Shown: piece by piece, positions 1-10,956 of the stretch
Layout: every line of letters starts with the position of its first letter
How positions within the stretch are numbered: the first letter of the stretch is position 1
Assembly (NCBI RefSeq): GCF_030028105.1
Contig: NC_092371.1
Location: forward strand, 15,087,884-15,151,883
DNA from: Mobula birostris
Taxonomy: Eukaryota
Direction: 5' to 3'
Length of the DNA: 64,000 nucleotides
Translations under genes and position numbers: made by a program
The notes under the pieces: generated by a model
Told to the model about the DNA's origin: nothing
Databases searched by the model: none
Seen by the model: the letters and a program-made list of their open reading frames with translations, nothing else

Positions 1-1319
1 GGAAAACTGTTGGAAAAGATTCTTAGAGATAGAATCTATGGGCATTTGGAGAATCATGGTCTGATCAGCGACAGTCAGCATGGCTTTGTGAAGGTCAGAT
101 CGTGTCTAACAAGCCTGATAGAGTTCTTCAAGGAGGTGACTAGGCATATAGATGAGGTAGTGCAGTGGATGTCATCTATATGGATTTTAGTAAGGCATTT
201 GACAACGTTCCACACGGTAGGCTTACTGAGAAAGTCCGAAGGCAAGAGATCCAGGGAAGTTTGGCCAGGTCGATTCAGAATTGGCTTGCCTCTAGAAGGC
301 AGAGGGTCGTGGTGGAGAGGGTACATTCAGATTGGAGGATTGTGCCTGGTGGTGTCCCACAAGGATCTGTTCTGGGACCTCTACTTTTCGTGATTTTGTT
401 AACGACCTGCATGTGGGGGTAGAAAGTTGCGTTGGCAAGTTTACAGACAACAAAAAGGTTGGTGGTGTTGTGGATATTGTAGAGGGTTGTCGAAGAATAC
501 GGAGACGCAGAAGTGGGCTGAGAAGTGGCAGATGGAGTTCAACCCGGATAAGTGTGAGATGGTACACTTTGGAAGGACAAACTCCAAGGGAGAGTACAAA
601 ATAAATGCCACAGGACTTGGTAGTGTGGAGGAGCAGAGGGATCTGGGGGTACATGTCCACAGATCCCTGAAGGTTGCCTCACAGGTAGATAGGGTAGTTA
701 AGAAAGCTTATGGGGTGTTAGCTTTCATAAGTCGAGGGATAGAGTTTAAGAGTCGCTAAGTAATGATTCAGCTCTATAAAACTCTGGTTAGGCCACACTT
801 GGAGTATTGTGTCCACTTCTGGTCGCCTCACTATAGGAAGGATGTGGAAGCATTGGAAAGGGTACAGAAGAGATTTACCAGATGCTGCTTGGTTTGCAGA
901 GTATGAATTATGATCAGAGATTAAGGGAGCTAGGGCTTTACTCTTTGGAGAGAAGAAGGATGAGAGGAGACATGATGGAGGTGTACAAGATATTAAGAGG
1001 AATATATAGAGTGGACAGCCAGCGCCTCTTCCACAGGGCACCACTGCTCAATACAAGAGGACATGGCTTTACGGTAAGGAGTGAGAATTTCAAGGGGGAT
1101 GTCAGAGGAAGGTTTTTTACTCAAGTGTGGTTGGAGCGTGGAATGCATTTCCTGAGTCAGTGGTGCAGGCATATACAATAGAGAAATTTAAGAGCCTACT
1201 AGACGGGCATATGGAGGAATTTAAGGTGGCGGGTTATATGGGAGGCAGGGTTTAAGGGTTGGAACAACATTGTGGGCCAAAGGGCCTGTACTGTGCTGTA
1301 CTATTCTATGTTCTATGTT
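1..1319 (+). mobile_element. CR1 LINE 3' part (RT to 3' tail), degenerate
   Basis: RT fragments DVIYMDFSKAFD.VPH, GVPQGSVLGPLLF and KWQMEFNPDKC; (TCTATGT)-type tail at ~1300-1319; frameshifts and stops. Confidence 0.92.
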
Positions 1320-1529
1320 AAATGCCTCACTAAAATCCAAGTAGACAGCATCCACAGTTCCACTTTCGTGAATCACGCTCGTACCTCTTCATGAAACCGT
1401 CAAGTTTGTAAGACACGGCCCTAATGCTCTTAACGAGACCGAACACGGCCTCCATTTTATCTCGAAATGCCCTGTAATATCAACTTGCTTAGAACTGATC
1501 TCTCTGTCCTCCACGTCCTTCTACTTGGT

Positions 1530-1830
1530 AAGTGGTGCATTTATGTCTGCAGGGCACTCTAGGGCATATCAGGCCAGGACACAATCAGTCCGTATGCTCT
1601 CTTCTTCAGGCATCTGTAGAAGTTTGTGAAAGTTTTAGATTACATGGCAAACGTTTAAAAACTTCTAACAAAGAAGGGACGCTACCGTGCCTTCTGTGTA
1701 ATGGCAGTTTTGCGCTGGACACAGGACAGATTCTCTGAAATGGCAACGCTTAGGAATTTAATGTCGCTGACGGCGTCTACCTCTGATACCCCGATAAAGT
1801 CTGACTCATCTCCTTGTTCTAGCTGACATT
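1530..1830 (-). mobile_element. Rex1/Babar-like LINE fragment (paralog ~34590-34890)
   Basis: The minus strand resembles the decayed FKFLGV.ISE.LSW...ITKK...RLYFLR.L..F C-terminal region of Rex1/Babar ORFs; recognised by eye. Confidence 0.55.
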
Positions 1831-2267
1831 GAGTGGGACGCTGTTTTTGTTACACCATTCAACCGGCTAAGCTCCCGACCGTATGGGTCAGGCCTATGAA
1901 CGAGGGAAGCAAAAGGTACACGATCAGCATTAGGAATTATATTCGAAGGACAGTGGTGGGTAGGTTTAGTGAGTTGCTAGGCTTAGCGGTGGACTCGGGT
2001 AAAACTGCGCAGTTTAGAAGACATTGGGGCAGGTTCAAGGGTGTGAAAAACATGGGTGACATAAGCGAAATGCAAGGAAGTGGGCTTAGCACAGGTAGGC
2101 AATTTTATCGGCATGGACATATTGGCAACAATTCCGCGCTGTGTAACTACGTAAAATTAAGTGCCGGATTTTGTAACAAACAGGGACAGGGTTTTAGTCT
2201 CTGTCGTTAACCCGGGGTAGGATGAACAACTATGACCTGACCCACTCATTCAGAGGCTGTGGAGAAA

Positions 2268-2309
2268 TCTCTCTCTCTCTCTCTCCCTCTCTCTCTCTCT
2301 TTCTCTCTC
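2268..2309. repeat. (CT)n microsatellite (longer paralog ~35326-35407)
   Basis: Direct reading. Confidence 0.9.
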
Positions 2310-3389
2310 GGGATCCATTCAAAGCTGTTATTTCACACTCTTTACATTAAAACAACTTAATTGCCGGCAGCAAAAAAATCAAATTGTGAAAACGATTTTT
2401 CAAAGATTCAGTTTCATAATTTGTGTCTTCCGGTTATTGTACTTTCTAACTTTTAAAGTTTTTTAATATGTTCACCGTGTCTTCCACACCCGCCCCTCCA
2501 CGTAAGTGTCCACCATTACCAAGGGGCTCAACGACCGCTCCACCTGCACGGCTTCATAAACAAAACAGGAACAGCAGCAATTTGCGTACATTTGCTAAAT
2601 AAAGGCTCTGCCAGCACCGCTCGGTCCCCATGGGGAGATGAAGTGGATCGCAGCTGCATCAGTAACGCTCAGAGTCATGGGCTGCTTCACTCTGTGGACA
2701 ATCTTGAGGGAGGGATTAACTGGACAGAACAGTGTCTGATGGTCAGGTTGGCTTGAAGGAAACGTCCCGGTTCATTGCCCACTGATTTTCCAGATCCCAT
2801 TCCCCGTTCCCCATGCCGAATAAGAGCATTTACATTTAAAAGACGCCTTACACAGCGTAAAACTGCAGGACATTATGAGGTAACGTTTCCGAAATAAAAA
2901 TGAGCGGCGTTATTGGACAAACGTTGAGACCGAGTCACATAAGCAGAATATTTATTTGGAAGAAACCTTCTCATCCCGTATCCAATATCCGCCCAATATC
3001 CCTGAGGAGATGGGAGCTGAACGGGGGGTGGGGGGGGGGGCTGGGTGGTGATGAACTAAAACACAGACAACAGAAGCCAGGGGTGAGGTCTGACAGTCCA
3101 CTGTCAGTAACATCTACCTTTAGAAAGAAGTTCAGAATCTGAATCCGACTGATGTCTATAATCGCCAGCGAATGTGGTTGTTGTTTTTTTTTATTTTGTG
3201 GTTTTGTATTTATTTATTCTAAAAGTACATTGTACGTGTAATTTATTTATCTATATACAGTATATATAATTTAATAAATACAGTATACATTGTCAGTTTA
3301 GAAATCTAATGATGAATTGGAACAAGCTGTTCTTTAAACGCTAGTTTGTTTATTTATTTATTTATTTGTTTGTTTGTTTGTTTGTCTTC

Positions 3390-6300
3390 AGGCTTTTTCC
3401 TTCCAAAGTGGATGACCTCTCATTTACCAACATTGTACTCCATACTCTATCTGCCAGACCCTTGCTCAATCACTTAACCTATCTATACCTAACTGCAGAT
3501 TCTTCGTATACTCTGCACAGTTTGTTTTTTGACTCAATTTAGTTTCATCTGCAAACTTACATACACTGCACACGGTCCCCTCTTCCAGACCTTTAACGTG
3601 TATCTTGAACAGTTGAGGGCCCAGTACCGACCTCTGCGCCACACCATGCACCACTGATTGCCACCCAGAGAAACATGCATGTATCCCAACTCGCTTCTTT
3701 CTATTGGTTAACCAATCATTAATCAATGCTAAAAATCACTCTCAACACTATGCATGGTTATCTTTATATGTGGCACCTTATCGAACGTCCTAGAAACATA
3801 GCAACATAGAAAACCTGCAGCACAATGCAGGCCCTTCGGTCCACAATGTTGTGTCGAATATGTACTTACTTCAGAAATTACCTAAGGTTATCCATAGCCC
3901 TCTATTATTCTAAGCTCCATGTACCTATCCAGGATTCTCTTAAACTACCCTATCGTATCCGCTTCCAGCACCGTCGCCGGCAGCCCATTCCACGCACTCA
4001 TCATTCTCTGTATTAAAAAAAAAACCTCCCTTATCTCTCCTCTGTACCTACTTCCAAGCACCTTAAAACCGTGCCCTCTCATGCTAGCTATTTCAGCCGT
4101 GGGAGAAAGCCTCTGACTATCCAGACAAACAATGCCTCTTATCATCTTATAGACCGTTATCAGGTCACCTCTCATCCTCCACCGCTCCAAGGATGAAAGG
4201 CCGAGTTCACTCAACCTGATCTCATAAGGCATGCTCCTTGTAACATCCTTGTAAATCTCCTCTGCGCCCTTTCTATAGTTTCCTCAATCTTCCTGTAGTA
4301 TGGTGACCAGAACTGAGCACAGTGCTCCAAGTGGCGTCTGACCAGCATCCTATATAGCTGCAACATTACCTCTCGGCTCTTAAAATCGATAGTGCAGTTG
4401 ATGAAGGTCAATGCACCGTATGCTTTCTTAAACACACAGTCAACCTGCGCAGCAGCTTTGAGTGCCCTATGGATTCGAACCCCAAGATCCCTCTGATCCT
4501 CCACACTGCAAATTAATACTACATTCTGCCATCATATTTGACCTACCAAAATGAACCACCTCACATTTATATGGGTTGAACTCCATCTGCCAATTCTCAG
4601 CCCAGTTTTGCATCCTTTCAATATCCCGCTGTAACCTCATTGGTCATCGACATCTATACAGAATTTGACCGCACTTTCCCTTCTGTGGACAAGTCAATTC
4701 AGTATCCACAAACCAAGGTCCCTTTGATTCACTTACCTCCTTACTTTCTCAGTAATCCTTGTATCGGGCACCTTATCAAATGTCTTGCTGAAATCCATAT
4801 ACACTACATCTACTGTTCTACCTTCATTAATGTGTTTAGTGACATCTACCAGGCTTGTAATATATAACCTGCCTTTGACAAAGCTATGCTGGCTATTCCT
4901 AATCACATTATGCCTCTCCAAACGTTCATAAATTCCACCTCTCAGGATCTTTTCCATCAACTTACCAACCACTGAGTTAAGACTCACTGATCAATAATTT
5001 CCTGGGCTATCTCTACTCCATTATTTGAATAAGGGAACAAGATATGCAAGCCTCCAAGCCTCCAGAACCTCTACCATCCTCACTAATGATGCAAAGATCA
5101 TTGCCAGTGACTCAACAATGTTCTCCTTCGCCTCCCATAGTAGCCTAGGCTATATTTAGCTCTTAATGTCTATATGCTCAAGCTTTTCAGACCGCTGTAA
5201 GTCGTCCCTGCAATCGCCAAGATACTTTTCCGTATTGAAAGGTAATTTACGTCTGGAAATTGAAGTAAGTAACGTCCATCTGTCCACCCTATCCATTATG
5301 TTGTTATATCCTCAAGGAACACCAGTATGCTTGAGAAACAGGATCTGCTTTTCTTTAATCCATTCTGCGACTGCGTGATAGATGTATTTCTTTCCATACT
5401 GCCGCGCTGTTTGTTCTTTAATGATAGCTTCAAGCATTCTCCCAGCTACGAAGGTTAGACGAACTGCCTTTTGCCTACAACCTTTTTTTTTATCACTGGG
5501 GTAACATTCTCCTTCTTTCAATCCACGGGGACCTGCCCAGACTCCAGGGAATTTTGGTAACTTATCATCAAAGCCCCAACTATAATCTTTCTCATTTCTT
5601 TCATTATCCTGGGCGGCGTTCTACCAATTCCAGGGGACTTGTCTGTCTTTGGCCCACATATTTACTTAACTCTACCCCTTTAGCGGTAGTATTTGTATCG
5701 AGGTTCTCACTTCCCATCGCATCCATTTCATCTCTCTTCGGCATGTTAGACGTGTCCTCCACTGACACAAAATTGTCATTCAAAGCCTCGGCCATTTCCT
5801 CAGTACCCAATATCAATTCCCCCCTCTCGTCCTTCAAGGAACCTACATTCAGTTAGGTCACCTTTTTCCGTTCTATATAATTGTAAGAAATATTATGCGT
5901 TTTTATGTTAAGTGCTAGTTTATTTACATAATCTACCTGCTCTTTTTTATTGCTTGCTTAGTGGCTCTTTGTTGCTTTTTAATTTTTTCCCAGCCTTCCA
6001 GTTTCACACTACTCTTGGCGACTTTGCAGACACAAGCTTTCAGTTTGATATTTTCCTTTATTTCCTTCGTTATCCATGGCTGGTTTTACCCGCCCTTACT
6101 GTCCTTGCTTTCAACGTTGGTTGAGCATCGTGAAAAATATCTTTGACAGTCTTCCACTGTTCCTTAACCGACCAGCCATCTAGCTTCTCTTCCCAATCTC
6201 CCCTATAGAAATTCTCCCTCATCCTGTTGTAGTCTCCCATGTTTTGGTACTGGTTTTAGATCGAACTATTGCATCCGCCATTTGTATGAGAAAATCAGTC

Positions 6301-7610
6301 ATAATGTGATCATTCTTTTCAAGATGCTGCGTACCTATAAGAATGCTAATTCTACCTGTCTCATTGCACAAGATCAGATTTAAGAAAATATGTTTCCTTG
6401 TAGGTTCAGCAACATGTTGTTCAAGAAAGTTATCCATATGCATTCTATGAAGTCCTCCTTAAGACTATCTCGACTAATTTGGTTCATCTCGTCTACCTAG
6501 TTGATATCTCGCACGATAACTGCTGTTACACTCTTACATACCTGAGATATTTCGCGGTTCATTGCCTGTGCCAATGTAATGTTATTATTCAGTGGCCTAA
6601 AGATAACTCCTAGCAGTATTTTCCCTAAACTGTTTCTAATCTCTACCCAGATAGATTCAATGTTCTGCTCCTTAGATCTTCTATCGTCTCTCTCTGTCGC
6701 CCTGATCTCATTCTTGATTAAGAGGGCTACCCCATCGGCCTTACCACTCTGCCTATCGCTCCATACTACCTGATATCCTTGGACATTTAATTACTAATCC
6801 TCTCCTCCCTGCAACTCCGTTTCTGTAATGGCCAGTAAGTAATACGCCTTTATTCTGATTTGTGCCACAGGTTCACTGGCCTTGTTAGAAATGCTACGGG
6901 AAATCAGATTAACTGCCTTTACACTCGTTGTGCCTTTAAAATCGAGTAATCTTTGTCTCTTACACACTGGAATTTTCTGCACTCCGCCTATACTTTTCTC
7001 TTTTTTATCGTTTCCTTTTACGTTACCTATATGCACACGTTCCTCTTTTACATTATCCATACTTCTCCAGTCTGTTGAGCCTACCCCTGCTATTTAGTTT
7101 AAAGCACTACCCAGAACCCCAGTTATGTGATCCACCAGGATCCAGGTCCCATCACGGTCCAGGTGGAACCCGTCCCAATGGGACAGCTCCCGTCTTCCCC
7201 AGTGCTGCTGCCAGTTTCCCGTGTATTTTAAGCCACTTCTCCCACACCAAACCTTGAGCCACGCATTTAACTCTTTAATCTTCTTAACCCTTTTCCAATT
7301 TGCACTTGGCTCACGCAGTAGTCCAACTTTTTGTTTCTACTTTTTAATTGAATCCCGAACAGTTCAAATTCCCTCAGTAAAACCTCTTTCCTCGTTCCAC
7401 CTACTTCGTTAATACCCACATGGATCTCGACACTGGATCTTTCTCTTCGAACCGCAAATTCCTCTACAGGTCAGATAGGATGTCCCGAACCCAGGCATCA
7501 GGCATGAAACACAGACTTCGGGACTGTGGTATCAATGGTTGCATTTCCAGGAATGTAGATACTCAAACTTTGGACATTTTCGTGGATATGGAGGGGGATA
7601 TCAATAAATT
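3390..7610 (-). mobile_element. Older near-complete CR1 (esterase-APE-RT remnants) interrupted by a nested CR1 (paralog ~36480-40750)
   Basis: Minus-strand remnants: WLTNRKKRVGI...SVLGPQLF...KFADETKL (3466-3726), the VDV.YF.FQ region (~5260), APE-like VESIWVEIRN (paralog ORF 39356-39829) and esterase-like WDGFHL (paralog 40229-40555). Confidence 0.8.
3790..5248 (-). mobile_element. 5'-truncated CR1 nested inside the older CR1 (paralog 36884-38378)
   Basis: CR1 3' tail (tagaaacatag...) at 3790, RT pieces (LEHCAQFWSP, SLNSVVGKLMEKIL), flanked by ACGTC direct repeats at 3785-3789 and 5249-5253. Confidence 0.8.
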
Positions 7611-8082
7611 TCCAGATTGCTAAATATGTTAGACGTCTCTACTTTCAAGGTGCAGAAACCGAACGGTACCAATTTTAACTATTGCGTGAAAAAAAGAGTT
7701 AGGGAGAGAGAGACAGAGAGAGCTCGATTGCTAGTGATAGTTGTGTATCACAGTGCTGTGGCTTTACTTGTTTCCCATGAGAAATGTTAGTGTATTGCCC
7801 GACTATTTCCCTTTATTTCTGCAGATTCAAACTGAATTGGTTGCAGAGTGATTATCCTTCAAATCCCTAGTCCTGACCAACGAATGGGAGAATATGTTTG
7901 TAACTGAGCAAAACGCGATTGGGGCCGCCTTGAGTATATCCTCAAATGATTAATCTCCGATGATAACCACCACAAGGAATTATCCTAATCTTTCAATTTT
8001 CAAAGGAAATACATCTCAGCACACCATGTATGTCTGGAAGGAACGGACAGTCCACATATTCAAAGGTAGTAACTTCATCATA

Positions 8083-8086
<4 letters not shown>

Positions 8087-8159
<73 letters not shown>

Positions 8160-8170
8160 AAGAGAGAGAG
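8087..8170. repeat. (GA)n microsatellite (paralog ~41224-41310)
   Basis: Direct reading. Confidence 0.9.
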
Positions 8171-8299
8171 GAGGCAGGGCTACAAAAATACTGTTTTTCT
8201 GATCTTCCTTTTAGAGGGTTGGCGAAATCCATTATTAATCCCTCAGAACACTCAGGAAATAAGGATAGGTCGTAAGAGTGTGGAAAGAGCTACCATGGA

Positions 8300-9290
8300 A
8301 ACTGAAAACTACAGGTTCTATTTCAACATTAAGAGGAAATTTGGGTAGAGGCATTGATAAGAGCAATAAGGAGCGCTAAGTTCCGGGTGCAGGTCGATAG
8401 GACCAGGCAGCATCATAGTTCAGCTTGGAATAGTTGAGCCGAAGGGCCAGTTTCTGTGCTGTAGTAATTCAGGAATCTAGTTCTCTGTGGCCCTAATGAC
8501 AGCACTGTTGATGTATTGTACTGAGGTCCGATTTTTGAGTAATAGAAGAGCAGGCAACTGATGGAGGAATTGTCAGAATATAGAGTCATAACGTCGTACA
8601 ACACTGAAGCAGGCCCTTTGACTCAACCAATCGATATCGAACTAGAAGGCCACACAATCTAGTACAATTTGCTACCTTTTCTCCCTTATCGCAACAAATC
8701 TTTGCAATACATGTCCAAATACCTATATACAAGCCGGTTAAATGTTGTAAATGTGTGTGCAACTAACAACTCATCACGTAGCTCATTACGTATGTGCCTG
8801 CCATCTCTTGAAAAGAATTGCTCCTCAGAATCCTATTAAATCTTTTTTTTTCTTACTTACGGTAAACCTATACACACTCGTTCTTCATTCCCCAACCTTG
8901 GGTAAAAGAAGACTAAATGGTCACCTCCGTTTGCTATTTGCGTTTATCTACTCTTTTCTAGGGTGACCTTTCAATCTCCTACGCTCCAAAGAAAAAAGTC
9001 CAAACCTATATGGCCTATCCTTATCACTCAGTTCCTCGAAACCTACACATATCTTCATAAATATTTGCTGCAAAATTCCCTACACAATGGTATTTTTTTC
9101 TGAATGCAACGTGACTAATACTGAAGACAATATCAACGGCGGCCTGATTAACGTCTAATACATATGCAACATTGTATCCCATCTCCGAAAGTAAGTGCTC
9201 TGGCTGATGCAGGTCATTTTGCCAAAAGATTCTTCACCGCATTACATACCCATGACTTCACTTCGGGGATAGAATTTTCGACGTGAATGG
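8300..9290. mobile_element. Short decayed CR1 3'-end fragments in both orientations (paralog ~41440-42430)
   Basis: CR1-type 3' UTR segments (gggccagtttctgtgctgta; aggccctttgactcaac) and antisense RT-tail similarity; no usable ORF. Confidence 0.55.
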
Positions 9291-10254
9291 AATGGACAAT
9301 TAAGAATTTAGTGCAGGAAGTTGGGTGACAAGTTCTATTTCAATAGAAAAGGGAGAAAGTGCGAGAGGCTAATAAAGGCAAAGCTACCCCGGCCTTATTT
9401 TTTCATGGTCCACAGTGCATTCCCGTTAAACCAGTGGAAAAGAGAATACTTTTTAGGGTGGTGGTGGGATGTTTTCCGGATTTTGCAGAGCAGCGGGAAT
9501 TATGTCCAGATAATTGCACAGCTTTTTTTAATGTCATCGAAGGATTTATAGGATCAGATACGTGTCCAGTCTCCTGAATCAGACTTGATAACTTCACTCA
9601 ACTAAGGAACAGACCGATTCCATAAAATATAGATTCACGTTCAAGGAATCTAGAACCCATGTTATTTAATGATATCCATCTATCTGTCTGTTTGTTTATT
9701 TAATTATTTTCATGTTTGCACAGTTTGTATTATTTTCTGCATTAGCGGATTGTCCGTCTTTATGTGTAGTCTTTTATTGATCCCGTTGTATTTCGTAGCG
9801 TTTACTGTGGATGCATGCGCGAAAATAAGTCTGAGGAAGGGTTTTTTTCGATTTTTTCTTTATACATTGAATCTTATGATCCCCAACCATGGGCTACGTT
9901 CTAATTTGTACCATAATTTAATAAGTACAGTGTTTTTTGGACAATGGTCAGCACTGGATGCTGATAGCGAAGGCATCAACCAGGTACGGGACGTGCATTG
10001 GGTCATTCTGACGATTTGGTAAGTGTGACAACGAATAATTTTGATCTCATTAGCAACTTGGGCAGAAAAAAATGCGCCTAATGGTCCCCAGTTTGTTTTT
10101 CTTTCAATGAATATCTGCTGATATACTTGCCTAAATCAGTTTACTTTGAGTACTTGTCAAACACATCCATATATGACACAACTGAAGATGAAACATTTTT
10201 GAAATTAATGGGTAAATTTAAAGATCGTCATTCATAGATACCAACGGCTGGGTG

Positions 10255-10429
10255 ATCAGTCCCCGCCCTTCCTTTCCCTGGCGCCTCCCATTTATTAACA
10301 CCCCGGTTAATAAACAGATCACGGGGCTGCGATTTGCAGAATCTGGAACCGGAGTCGCTCCCGGTGTTTGCAGAACAGCACGGTTCGGTCGGAAAATTGA
10401 GCGCTCGCTGTCTCCACCTGTCCGCAGTA
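10255..10429 (+). promoter_or_regulatory. Putative IgL V promoter, cluster 1
   Basis: GC box CCCCGCCC 10261-10268, AT-rich TTAATAAA near 10307, octamer-like ATTTGCAG 10332-10339 and E-box CACCTG 10415-10420, all directly upstream of the leader ATG. Position and motif types fit Ig V promoters; function is not shown. Confidence 0.6.
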
Positions 10430-10478
10430 ATGTCCCGAGTACTCCATCTCCTGTGTGCTCTGCTGGTCCATTTATCAG
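10430..10478 (+). CDS. Ig light chain cluster 1, leader exon (MSRVLHLLCALLVHLS-G)
   Basis: ATG at 10430, hydrophobic 16-codon signal peptide, phase-1 donor CAG|gtaag at 10478/10479. The 124-nt intron ends ttgttgcag at 10602 and splices in frame to the VJ exon. Confidence 0.93.
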
Positions 10479-10602
10479 GTAAGAGATATATTACGGATTA
10501 TCCGTGAAAATTGCAATTACTACTCATTTTAACGCGTATTTATCAATTGGTGAGCCTTCTGTTAGATCCAAGTCACCCAATGGTTTCATTGTTTTGTTGC
10601 AG

Positions 10603-10956
10603 GTATCCTAACGGCCCCAGTCCTCAATCAGACACCAATGTCGGGTCCCGTCTCCGCGGGACAGACCGCCCGCTTAGAATGTCGGATGCAGAACGGTAAC
10701 GTTGGAAGTTACTACATGTACTGGTACCGACAGCGTCCCGGGGAGAGACCGGAGTGGGTGATTAGACATGATACTGATGGTGATATATTTCGAGGGACAG
10801 GGATCACAAATCGATTCCAACCGTCCAGAGACACCTCCAGCAACAGTCACGTCCTGACCATCGGCAGATTGGAGCCCCGAGACTCCGCTGTTTATTACTG
10901 TCAAACGTGGGATAATGGAGTTATCTTCGGTCCAGGCACTATCCTGGATATAAAAA
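10603..10956 (+). CDS. Ig light chain cluster 1, germline-joined VJ exon, sigma-cart (type I/NS5)-like
   Basis: Translates GILTAPVLNQTP...LECRMQNGNVGSYYMYWYRQRPGERPEW...DSAVYYCQTWDNGVIFGPGTILDIK. Contains both V-set Cys, the WYRQ motif, YYC and the J motif FGPGT in one reading frame, then donor A|gtaagt at 10956/10957. APVLNQTP, MQNGNVGSYY and FGPGT..DI match my recollection of shark NS5/skate type I chains, as does the long (11-residue Kabat) CDR2. Confidence 0.95.

Noticed and set aside
2638-2739. Short ORF MKWIAAASVTLRVMGCFTLWTILREGLTGQNSV* after the TATA-like motif, as a possible leader
   Set aside because: 33 aa, not a convincing signal peptide, and no downstream V exon found; noted only as part of the conserved block.
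2851-2890. RSS-like CACAGCG and other CACAGTG heptamers (e.g. ~7749, ~9411, ~19134, ~23114, ~28969)
   Set aside because: None has an ACAAAAACC-like nonamer at 12 or 23 bp spacing, and none adjoins a V or J segment.
7993-8275. ORFs with (SL)n/(ER)n runs, and similar ORFs at 35280, 41152 and 46384
   Set aside because: Translations of dinucleotide microsatellites.
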